64,000 bases of DNA from an uncultured Kiritimatiellota bacterium. GTDB taxonomy: Bacteria; Verrucomicrobiota; Kiritimatiellia; RFP12; UBA1067. Location of the stretch: assembly GCA_934675625.1 (NCBI GenBank), contig CAKURH010000005.1:125-64124 (forward strand), written 5' to 3'. Of the stretch, positions 46,103-53,554 are shown one piece after another. A program made the translations under genes and the position numbers. Positions within the stretch are counted from its first letter, which is position 1, and each line of letters opens with the position of its first letter. The notes beneath the pieces are model-generated. The model was not told where the DNA came from. It made no database searches and worked only from the letters and a program-made list of their open reading frames with translations.

Positions 46103-46182
46103 GACCTCAAAACGTCCCCAACACCAAAGACTTCGTGTGAGACAATAAAAACGGTTGTAAAGTTTGAGGACAGGCGTGCGCC

Positions 46183-46833
46183 TCAGCCGGCGCACGCCGC
46201 GACGAGGCGCCGCGCGACGTCGGCGATCCTGTCCCACGCCCCGGCGGCAATCCAGTCGCGGTTCGTTAGGTTGCCGCCGACGCCCACGCCGACGCAACCC
46301 GCCCGCAGGAAGTCCGCCGCGTTGTCCGGCGAAATGCCGCCGACGGCCAGGAACGGGATGTGCGAAAGCGGCGCAACGAGCGCCTTCACGTAGCCCGGGC
46401 CGAGCGAGCCCGCCGGAAAGATCTTCACGAAGCTCGCCCCCGCGTCAAAGGCCGCCACCGCCTCGCTCGGCGTCAGCGCCCCCGGCAGCGCGACCAGTCC
46501 GCGCCGCACGCAGTCCCGGATCAGCTCGACGTTCACGTTCGGCGTGATCATGTATTCGCCGCCCGCCTGTTCGCAGAGCGTCAGCTGCTCGGCCGTCAGC
46601 ACCGTGCCCGCGCCCACGCGCAAGACGCCCGCGAAGCGCGCGCGAATCGCCGCGATCGCCGCCGCCGTGTCCTTCCACGTCTCCGGCGCCTTCTGGTTGA
46701 ACGTCACCTCGACGAGCCCAAGGCCGCCCTGCGCATACGCCTCGGCCAGGCGGAGGCAGACATCCGGCGCATAGCCGCGAATGATGGCGATGACCTTGCG
46801 GTCACGCACGGACTTGATGATTTCTTCTTTCAT
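46183..46833 (-). CDS. eda: KDPG / 4-hydroxy-2-oxoglutarate aldolase
   Basis: Motifs KVIAIIRG, VEVTFN, GAGTVL, the catalytic-Lys motif FVKIFPA and LAVGGI. Start at MKEEIIKS with AAAGGAAAC upstream. Confidence 0.85.
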   Translation of the reverse strand: MKEEIIKSVRDRKVIAIIRGYAPDVCLRLAEAYAQGGLGLVEVTFNQKAPETWKDTAAAIAAIRARFAGVLRVGAGTVLTAEQLTLCEQAGGEYMITPNVNVELIRDCVRRGLVALPGALTPSEAVAAFDAGASFVKIFPAGSLGPGYVKALVAPLSHIPFLAVGGISPDNAADFLRAGCVGVGVGGNLTNRDWIAAGAWDRIADVARRLVAACAG

Positions 46834-46852
46834 GACTGTATGCTGTTTCCTT

Positions 46853-48109
46853 TCAGTTCGACACCAGCCCGACAAGGGCTTTCGCGCCCGTCAGGGCGAC
46901 CACGGCGGAAAAGGCCAGCGCCGCGACGAGCAGCGCGTTCAGCCCCCACCCCGCACGGTGCGCGCCCATAACGGACTTTCGGTTCAGGAGGACAAGAATC
47001 GCCGCGACCGTGAGCGGCAGCACGAAGACGTTCGAGATCTGCGCGGCGATCGTGACCGCCACGGGATCGCCCCCAAGAGCCGGCACGACAAGCCCCCACG
47101 CGGCCGCCACGAGGCAGACGATGCGGAAGAGCGGCGTCTGCGTCTCCATCTTGCCGTCCTTCCAGTCGCCGATCAGGAGCGGCGCGACCATCAGGATCGG
47201 GAAGACGGACGACAGCCCCGCCGCGAGCGTGCCGACCATGAAGAACGCGACGGCGAAGCGCCCCACCAGCGGCTCCAGCGTCGCCGCCATGTCGAGGATC
47301 CTCTCGATGCCCTTGCCCTGCGCGAAGAGCGCACCCATCGCGACCGCCATGATCGCGCCGGAGATGACGAACATCAGCGTCGCCGACACGGCCGCGTCGC
47401 GTCGCTCGACGCCGAGCGCACGCGCGTCCCAGCCCTTCTCGCGCACAAGGAGCGGACGCGTCACGAACGTCGGCGCGGCCATCGTCGTGCCGACGAACGC
47501 CGCGAGCATCAGGAGCGAGGCGCCGTCCGTCGGCAGCGTCGGCGGCAGCGCGCGCCGCACCGTCGCCGCGTCCGGCCACGTCACGAAGACCGAGACGACG
47601 AACGTGAGCGCCATCAGGAAGACGAAGAACGCCAGCACCTTCTCGAAGAACGCATAGCGCCCGACCATCATGAGCGCGACCATCACCGCCATGAGGCAGA
47701 CGGCAATCGGAAAGACGCCGAGATCCAGCCCGAACGCCTCCCGAATCGCGCCGGACGTGAGCATCATGATGCCGCCGAGGCACGTGTACTGCCCCAGGAC
47801 GACGCCGAGGAAGACGAGCGCCGCGAGAACCTGGCCGCCGGGCAGGAAGCGCACGAGGCCATGCAGCGTCGTCTCGCCCGTCACGGCGGCGAAGCGCCCG
47901 TAGGCCGTCATCAGCACGCCGGAGAAGAGGCACGACAGCGCGAGCACCCAGAGGAGGCCGAGCCCGTGGTCGGCGCCGGCCTTGGCCATTGACGTGACGG
48001 AGCCCGTCCCGATCGTGTAGCCGATCGCGAAGATGCCCGGCCCGACCGCCGAGAGCGCCGCAAGGATGCGCGCCCTCAGGATCTTGCCGACTGTCGTGCA
48101 TGAATTCAT
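46853..48109 (-). CDS. Nramp-fold membrane transporter lacking the canonical metal-binding motifs
   Basis: N-terminus ILAALSAVGPGIFAIGYTIGTGSVTSMAKAGADHG resembles Nramp TM1, but DPGN is replaced by TGS. The TM6 MPH position reads TMAAP. Start at 48109 (GGGAGA SD) or 48127. The track ORF is a 685-aa composite. Confidence 0.75.
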   Translation of the reverse strand: MNSCTTVGKILRARILAALSAVGPGIFAIGYTIGTGSVTSMAKAGADHGLGLLWVLALSCLFSGVLMTAYGRFAAVTGETTLHGLVRFLPGGQVLAALVFLGVVLGQYTCLGGIMMLTSGAIREAFGLDLGVFPIAVCLMAVMVALMMVGRYAFFEKVLAFFVFLMALTFVVSVFVTWPDAATVRRALPPTLPTDGASLLMLAAFVGTTMAAPTFVTRPLLVREKGWDARALGVERRDAAVSATLMFVISGAIMAVAMGALFAQGKGIERILDMAATLEPLVGRFAVAFFMVGTLAAGLSSVFPILMVAPLLIGDWKDGKMETQTPLFRIVCLVAAAWGLVVPALGGDPVAVTIAAQISNVFVLPLTVAAILVLLNRKSVMGAHRAGWGLNALLVAALAFSAVVALTGAKALVGLVSN

Positions 48110-48120
48110 CGAATCTCCCT

Positions 48121-48165
48121 CTTGCATACAAGTTGCGGACATTATCGCATAATCTTGTATGCAAG
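48121..48165. promoter_or_regulatory. Perfect 12-bp inverted repeat (CTTGCATACAAG-N21-CTTGTATGCAAG) bracketing the transporter promoter; candidate GntR operator
   Basis: 48121..48132 and 48154..48165 are exact reverse complements. The 21-bp spacer contains the minus-strand TGCGATAAT. Confidence 0.6.
48141..48149 (-). promoter_or_regulatory. Extended -10 promoter (TGCGATAAT) for the Nramp-like-eda operon
   Basis: Reverse complement of attatcgca. Confidence 0.5.
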
Positions 48166-48189
48166 TCAAGCGCGGGCCCACCAATTTTT

Positions 48190-48198
48190 TGCTATAAT
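48190..48198 (+). promoter_or_regulatory. Extended -10 promoter (TGCTATAAT) for the GntR gene; implies a leaderless mRNA
   Basis: tgctataat is followed by 7 nt (gtccgcc) and then the ATG at 48206. Confidence 0.55.
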
Positions 48199-48205
48199 GT
48201 CCGCC

Positions 48206-48940
48206 ATGACGCATTCGGACAAGAAGGACAACCTGAACGAGAAGGCCTATGCCTTCGTGACGGACATGCTGACGCGCGGCGAGCTGAAGCCCGGCCAGAA
48301 GCTTTCCGAGCCCTCGCTGGCCGCCGCCTGCGGCGTCAGCCGCACGCCGATGCGCGAGGCCGTCCGGCGGCTCGTGGAGGAGGGCGTGCTCTACCAGGTC
48401 GTCAAGTCGGGCACCTACGTCACGGGGTTCGGCGCCAAGGACGTCTGCGACGCCTACGAGATCCGCTCCGCCATCGAGTCCGCCCTGCTCGAACGCGCCG
48501 TCCCGAACCTCACGAAGCGCGACCTCGCCGAGCTGGAGCAGCACGGCAAGCGCATGTACCGCGCGATTCTCGCGATGCGCAAGGCGAAGATGTCCGTCAT
48601 GACCGGTCAGCCGGAGGCGGACTTCCTGACCGAAGACCTCGCGTTCCACCAGCTGCTGCTGCGCGTGAGCGGCAACGCGCTCGCGGAGAAGATCATCGCC
48701 AACACCTACCGCCGCAACCAGTTCTTCGGCACGCACTCGCACCAGCGCACGCTCCGGCACGTCGCGAACGCCTGGCGCTACCACTGCGAGATCCTGAAGG
48801 CCTGCCGCCGGGGCGACGCCGCCGACGCGGCCCTCTGGCTGAAGCGCCACATCGCGAGCTCCCAGCGCGACGCGCTCCAGGCGAAGGCCAAGCCACACGG
48901 CCACCGCCAATCGCCACCGGCGCGTTCAACGAGAGGCTGA
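48206..48940 (+). CDS. GntR-family regulator, FadR/FCD subfamily
   Basis: Winged HTH (LSEPSLAAACGVSRTPMREAVRRLVEEGVL) plus a helical FCD-like C-domain. The 3' end overlaps the convergent 48926 gene by 15 nt. Confidence 0.8.
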   Translation: MTHSDKKDNLNEKAYAFVTDMLTRGELKPGQKLSEPSLAAACGVSRTPMREAVRRLVEEGVLYQVVKSGTYVTGFGAKDVCDAYEIRSAIESALLERAVPNLTKRDLAELEQHGKRMYRAILAMRKAKMSVMTGQPEADFLTEDLAFHQLLLRVSGNALAEKIIANTYRRNQFFGTHSHQRTLRHVANAWRYHCEILKACRRGDAADAALWLKRHIASSQRDALQAKAKPHGHRQSPPARSTRG

Positions 48941-50149
48941 TCCGCGCTTCAGCCATGCGCCAATCGTCTGGCCCGTGACCTTCTTGAAGACACGGCGGAG
49001 GTCTTCCGGGGACGCGAACCCGCAGGCGTCGGCGAGCGCATACTGCTTCATCGCCGGCGACTGCCGCAGGACCTGACGGACGGCCTCGACCTGCACGCGC
49101 TGGATCTCCGCCAGGAGCGTCCGTCCGGTCACGCGCGCAAACACGCGATCCAGAAAGCGGCGGCTGCAGTCGAACTGCGCCGCGACATCCGCCGACGAGA
49201 TTCCCTCGCACGCGTGGACGCGGATGAACTCCAGCGCCATCGCGACGCGCCGGTCGCCGCAGCCGCCGCGGCTGGAGGACGCGCGACGCACAAGCCCGAC
49301 CAGGCCGAAGCGGACGCTTTCGAGCCGCCGACGCGGATGCGCCAGCCGCGCGTCCAGCAGCTTCGCAGCCAGGAATCCCGCCGCCCTCATGTCCTGCTGC
49401 ACGGACGAGAGCGTCGGCACCGTGTGTTCGCAGATCCGCGCGTCATTGTCCACCGCGACCACCGCCAGCTCGCGCGGGACGTCAATCCCCGCGCTCTTCG
49501 CCATCGCCAGCACCTGCCGTCCGATCAGGTCGTTCACGGCGAACAGGGCGCACGGACGCGGCAGACGCATGAGCCAGGCCTTGAGCTCGTCCAGATACGC
49601 CTGTTCGCCCGACTCCGCATGCGGACAGGCGAACACCGACACGTCGCATCCGCCCTGCCGCATGACGGAGACGAACGCCTCCTCCCGCTCGATGCTCCAC
49701 GTGCGCCGCCGGTGGACGCTCGGCACGATGGCGGCGTGCCGCCAGCCGAAGGACAGCAGCTCCTTCGCCGCGCAGCGGACGACCGCCTCGGAATCGCTCG
49801 ACACGCAGAGCCATTCGCCTTCCATGTCCTTCGGCGAGATGTCGAGAAAGACGGTCGTCCGCGCGTCGAACATCTGCGGCAAGTAGGCGATGGACTCCGT
49901 GCCGAGCTCGACAAGGCAACCGACCGGATTCCAGAACGCGAGCGCCTGACGCACGACCTCGGCCGGCGACTTCGACGGCGCGACCTCCCACGTGTCCCGC
50001 CGCGCGGCGCCGTGCTCGATCAGCTGAACCTGCCAACCGCGCTGGCGGGCGTAGTCGAAGATGCCGTTCATCATGTCGTTGCTCAGTTCGAAGAGCGACG
50101 ACTTGAACAGCAGGACGACCGGCGGCTGCGCTCTCTCGTTTTCCGCCAT
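48926..50149 (-). CDS. XylR-type hybrid regulator (sugar-binding-like sensor + AraC HTH), paralog of 14294..15463
   Basis: C-terminal AraC HTH (ISSADVAAQFDCSRRFLDRVFARVTG ... LADACGFASPEDLRRVFKKVTG). Its ATG shares one base with the permease stop (TAATG). Confidence 0.8.
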   Translation of the reverse strand: MAENERAQPPVVLLFKSSLFELSNDMMNGIFDYARQRGWQVQLIEHGAARRDTWEVAPSKSPAEVVRQALAFWNPVGCLVELGTESIAYLPQMFDARTTVFLDISPKDMEGEWLCVSSDSEAVVRCAAKELLSFGWRHAAIVPSVHRRRTWSIEREEAFVSVMRQGGCDVSVFACPHAESGEQAYLDELKAWLMRLPRPCALFAVNDLIGRQVLAMAKSAGIDVPRELAVVAVDNDARICEHTVPTLSSVQQDMRAAGFLAAKLLDARLAHPRRRLESVRFGLVGLVRRASSSRGGCGDRRVAMALEFIRVHACEGISSADVAAQFDCSRRFLDRVFARVTGRTLLAEIQRVQVEAVRQVLRQSPAMKQYALADACGFASPEDLRRVFKKVTGQTIGAWLKRGSASR

Positions 50150-51267
50150 TATTCGAGCCGTGCCGTCTGGCGCGGGTCAAAGGCGTCGCGCAGCCCCTCG
50201 CCGACCAACACCGTCAGCAGCATCACGACGAAGAGCGCCAGCGACGGGAAGAGGACGAGCCACCACGCAAAACGGAACTGCTGGGCCTCCTGCAGAAGCT
50301 CGCCGCACGACGGCGTCATCGGCGGCAAGCCGAAGCCGAGGAAGTCCAAGGCCGCGAGCGACCCGATCGCGCCCATCAGGAGGAACGGGAAAAGCGTAAT
50401 GAGCGGCGTCAGGGCGTTTGGGAGGATGTGCCCGAAGATGATGCGCACGGACGAGAAGCCGCTCACCTTCGCCGCCTCGACGAACGTGCGGCGGCGGAGG
50501 CGCAGGACTTCCGCGCGCATGTAGTAGCTCACGGCAATCCAGTTGAAGATCGCGTAGCAGACGAGCAGCACCGCAAAGGAACGACCGACCGTCGAGCCGA
50601 TGAAGATCATGACGTAGAGGAACGGAATCGCCGACCAGATCTCGGTGAACCGCTGCAACAGGATGTCCGTCACGCCCCCGAAGTAGCCCTCGACCGCACC
50701 GATGACGAGGCCGAAGAACAGGCCCGACAGCGCGAGCGCAAGCCCGAACAGCAGGGCGATGCGCAACCCATGGACGACGCGCGCATACACGTCGCGTCCG
50801 CCCGCGTCGATGCCGAACGGGTGTTCGGGAACCGGGCGGAACGGAAACGAGATCTCCGGCGCGGGCAAGACCGTCATCGTCTCCTGCGGCGGATCCTTCG
50901 GCTTCAGGAAGACGCGCGTGTAGCCGGGATGCCGCGTCGTTTGAATCTCGTATTCCTTGAGCCGCGGATTGTCACGGATGTGCACGGATGAGGCCAACTC
51001 CTCCGGGCCCTCGTAGTCAACGACCGTGCCGTCGTCCAGCACGCTGAAGCGCGCGGTCTTCACGTCGTACGTCTTTTCGACGACCGGCGTGCGATACTTC
51101 TCCAGCGTCGCCGTGTCGACGACGGCGCGCGGGTCGCAGGGGCAGACCCAATCGGCGCAAAGGCAGAAGACGAAAATCGCCCCCAACGCCCATAGCGCGT
51201 ACCACGCGCGCCGGATACGCCGAAACGCCCGCAGCCTTTTCTGGGTCAGGGGGGAGAACAGCATCAC
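50149..51267 (-). CDS. ABC transporter permease, YejE/OppC-like (long periplasmic loop), with no partner genes nearby
   Basis: BPD_transp_1-type core (FTEIWSAIPFLYVMIF, EAAKVSGFSSVRIIFGHILPN). Start is GTG at 51267 or ATG at 51264. Confidence 0.8.
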   Translation of the reverse strand: MMLFSPLTQKRLRAFRRIRRAWYALWALGAIFVFCLCADWVCPCDPRAVVDTATLEKYRTPVVEKTYDVKTARFSVLDDGTVVDYEGPEELASSVHIRDNPRLKEYEIQTTRHPGYTRVFLKPKDPPQETMTVLPAPEISFPFRPVPEHPFGIDAGGRDVYARVVHGLRIALLFGLALALSGLFFGLVIGAVEGYFGGVTDILLQRFTEIWSAIPFLYVMIFIGSTVGRSFAVLLVCYAIFNWIAVSYYMRAEVLRLRRRTFVEAAKVSGFSSVRIIFGHILPNALTPLITLFPFLLMGAIGSLAALDFLGFGLPPMTPSCGELLQEAQQFRFAWWLVLFPSLALFVVMLLTVLVGEGLRDAFDPRQTARLE

Positions 51268-51271
51268 AACC

Positions 51272-52111
51272 TCACGGCCGCCGTCGCAGCAAGCCCGTCG
51301 TCCACTCGCCCAGCGTCTTGCGCGAGACCTCGTCGAAGCCGCGCGCCACGTAGGCGGCGAGAACTTCGGGATAGAGCGTCGTCAAAATGCCGGAGATGAC
51401 GAGGTGCCGCGTCGCGCACGGCGCAATTTCGTCCGCAAAGCGAATGAGCAGAGGGCCGAGGATGTTCGCGACGACGAGGTCGGCCGTGCCGAGGTCGCGC
51501 TTCACGTTCGCGCCGAGGCCATACTTGAAGAACGTGACCGAGACGCCGTTCGCCGCCGCGTTTTCGCGCGAGGCGTCGACCGCCTCCGGGTCGACGTCAA
51601 AGCCTGTCACCGCGCCGCAGCCGAGCTTCGCGGCCGCGATGGACAGGATGCCCGAACCACACCCCATGTCAAGGAACGAGTCGACCGGCGCGAGCGCATC
51701 GATATACTCGAGGCAGGCGCGCGTCGTCTCGTGCTTGCCCGTGCCGAACGCCATGCCGGGATCCAGCACGATCGGCACACGGTCGCCGTCGGGCACCTTC
51801 TCCCACGCCGGCACGGTCACGAGCCGACGCCCAACGTTCTCCGTCTTGAAATGGCGGCGGTAGGCGAGCTTCCAGTCCTCGTCGGCGATTTCGCCCACCT
51901 CGATGGGCGCGTCGATGCCCACGATGTCCAGCGCGGCCTTCAGGCACGTCTTCGCGGCCTCGGTCGCGGACGGATCCTCGAAGTAGATCCGCATCCGCGT
52001 GAAATCCTCCTCGATGTCACGGTAGGAGGACAAAATGAAGTCCCCTCCATCGAAAACCTCGAAGAGGGGATTCACGAACCGTTCCGGGACGGAACAGCTG
52101 ACGAACGTCAT
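51272..52111 (-). CDS. prmA: Ribosomal protein L11 methyltransferase
   Basis: Motifs LDPGMAFGTGKHETTRACLE, DMGCGSGILSIAA and VVANIL. Its ATG shares one base with the upstream stop (TAATG). Confidence 0.85.
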   Translation of the reverse strand: MTFVSCSVPERFVNPLFEVFDGGDFILSSYRDIEEDFTRMRIYFEDPSATEAAKTCLKAALDIVGIDAPIEVGEIADEDWKLAYRRHFKTENVGRRLVTVPAWEKVPDGDRVPIVLDPGMAFGTGKHETTRACLEYIDALAPVDSFLDMGCGSGILSIAAAKLGCGAVTGFDVDPEAVDASRENAAANGVSVTFFKYGLGANVKRDLGTADLVVANILGPLLIRFADEIAPCATRHLVISGILTTLYPEVLAAYVARGFDEVSRKTLGEWTTGLLRRRP

Positions 52112-52323
52112 TACTTCGCCTTCTTGGCGACGAGCTTCTTGACGACCGTCGGACGCTGCACGAGGACGCGGACGTCTTCGTCGCCCATGAGAGCGACCTT
52201 CTCGGCGTCCATGCCGAACTTGACGAGACGCGCGCGCTGCGCCTTCGACTTGCGCGCCTTGCCGGCGGGCGTCTTGCACGGACGAACGTGAGATTCCTTG
52301 CGGAGTGTGCGACCAGTACCCAT
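52111..52323 (-). CDS. Small basic protein (70 aa), function unknown
   Basis: GAGG about 9 nt upstream of the ATG, own promoter, translationally coupled to prmA. Lys/Arg-rich with a KKLVAKKAK tail. Confidence 0.5.
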   Translation of the reverse strand: MGTGRTLRKESHVRPCKTPAGKARKSKAQRARLVKFGMDAEKVALMGDEDVRVLVQRPTVVKKLVAKKAK

Positions 52324-52371
52324 TTTTATCTACCTCTACTTTCTTCCTGTGGGAAAAATTTATTGGCGCGT

Positions 52372-52380
52372 ATTATACCG
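52372..52380 (-). promoter_or_regulatory. -10 promoter (CGGTATAAT) for the small protein-prmA-permease-regulator operon
   Basis: Reverse complement of attataccg, about 45 nt upstream of the ATG at 52323. Confidence 0.5.
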
Positions 52381-52435
52381 AATCCGCCGCGAGAACGCAA
52401 GTAGGGCCCGCACGTTTGCGCGCGCGCGCGAAAAA

Positions 52436-52444
52436 GACTATAAT
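52436..52444 (+). promoter_or_regulatory. -10 promoter (TATAAT at 52439..52444) for hisC; leaderless or 2-3 nt leader
   Basis: gactataat is followed by 9 nt and then the ATG at 52454. No SD is possible. Confidence 0.5.
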
Positions 52445-52453
52445 ACGCGCCCT

Positions 52454-53554
52454 ATGATGATTGCCCGACATGTCCGCAGGCTCGCGGCGTACGTCCCCGG
52501 CGAACAGCCGAAGGCGACGGACGTCGTCAAGCTCAACACGAACGAGAACCCCTACCCGCCCTCGCCGGCGTGCGCGAAGGTCTTGAAGGCGTTTGACCTC
52601 GACCGCCTCCGCCGCTACCCCGACCCCGTGTTCGCCGACCTCCGCGACGCGCTCGCGCAGCTGAACGGCACGACGCCCGACCGCGTCTTCGTCGGCAATG
52701 GATCGGACGAGATTCTCGCCCTCGCCGCCAAGGCGTTCGTCGAGGACGACGAGGCAATCGGCTCGCTCGATCCGAGCTACTCGCTCTACAAGACCCTCGC
52801 GGCAATCCGAAACGTGAAATGGGCTGGCCTTGAAGGCTCAAGCCCCTCTTGTCCCACGTCCCTCGCGTCCCAGGCCGCGCACCTTCCGCCGAACGTTTCG
52901 CTCTTCCTCCTGACGAACCCGAACGCGCCGACGGGCGAGTTCCGCGCGCCGGACGCGATTGCGGCGTTTGCGAAGAAGTTTCATGGCGTCGTTCTCGTCG
53001 ACGAGGCGTACGCCGACTTCGCGCGCGGCAACTGCATGGCCCTCGCGACCGCGCCCCGGAACCGCAACGTCCTCGTGATGCGCACGTTCTCGAAGAGCTA
53101 TTCGCTCGCGGGGCTCCGCGTCGGCTACTGCATCGGCCCGAAGCCGCTCATCGCCGCGCTCTACAAGATCAAGGACTCGTACAACGTCGACGCCGTCGCC
53201 CAGGCCGTCGCCCTCGCCGCCGTGAAGGATCAGGCGTGGATGAAGGCGAACGTCGCGAAGGTCGTGAAGACGCGCACGTGGTTCGCGAAGGAACTCGCCG
53301 CGCGCGGCTGGGACGTCATACCGTCCGAATCGAACTTCGTCTTCGCGAAGCCGCCGCGTCCGCAGAAGGCCGCCACGCTCTTCGCCGCGCTGAAGGCGAA
53401 GAACGTCTTCGTGCGCTACTTCAAGGGCCCGAAGACGGGCGACCGCCTACGCATCACCATCGGAACCGACGCCGAGATGAAGCGACTGCTGAAGGAAATT
53501 GACAACCGACAAAAGACAATCGACAAAGCCAATGAACCCAATCTCAGCAAATGA
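52454..53554 (+). CDS. hisC: Histidinol-phosphate / aromatic aminotransferase (class II)
   Basis: Motifs LNTNENPYPPSP, NPNAPTG and the PLP-Lys motif FSKSYSLAGLRVGY. Confidence 0.85.
   Translation: MMIARHVRRLAAYVPGEQPKATDVVKLNTNENPYPPSPACAKVLKAFDLDRLRRYPDPVFADLRDALAQLNGTTPDRVFVGNGSDEILALAAKAFVEDDEAIGSLDPSYSLYKTLAAIRNVKWAGLEGSSPSCPTSLASQAAHLPPNVSLFLLTNPNAPTGEFRAPDAIAAFAKKFHGVVLVDEAYADFARGNCMALATAPRNRNVLVMRTFSKSYSLAGLRVGYCIGPKPLIAALYKIKDSYNVDAVAQAVALAAVKDQAWMKANVAKVVKTRTWFAKELAARGWDVIPSESNFVFAKPPRPQKAATLFAALKAKNVFVRYFKGPKTGDRLRITIGTDAEMKRLLKEIDNRQKTIDKANEPNLSK

Noticed and set aside
46853-48910. 685-aa minus-strand ORF as listed; likewise 54173..55909 (+), 36166..37455 (-) and 18695..20521 (-)
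   Set aside because: The N-terminal extensions run antisense through neighbouring genes or across promoters. They were trimmed to starts that have an SD and/or a conserved N-terminus (48109, 54854, 36777, 20332).
52111-52323. Calling the small basic ORF a ribosomal protein (L28, L35 or S21)
   Set aside because: The sequence does not match the conserved motifs of those families as I remember them. It is kept as hypothetical.
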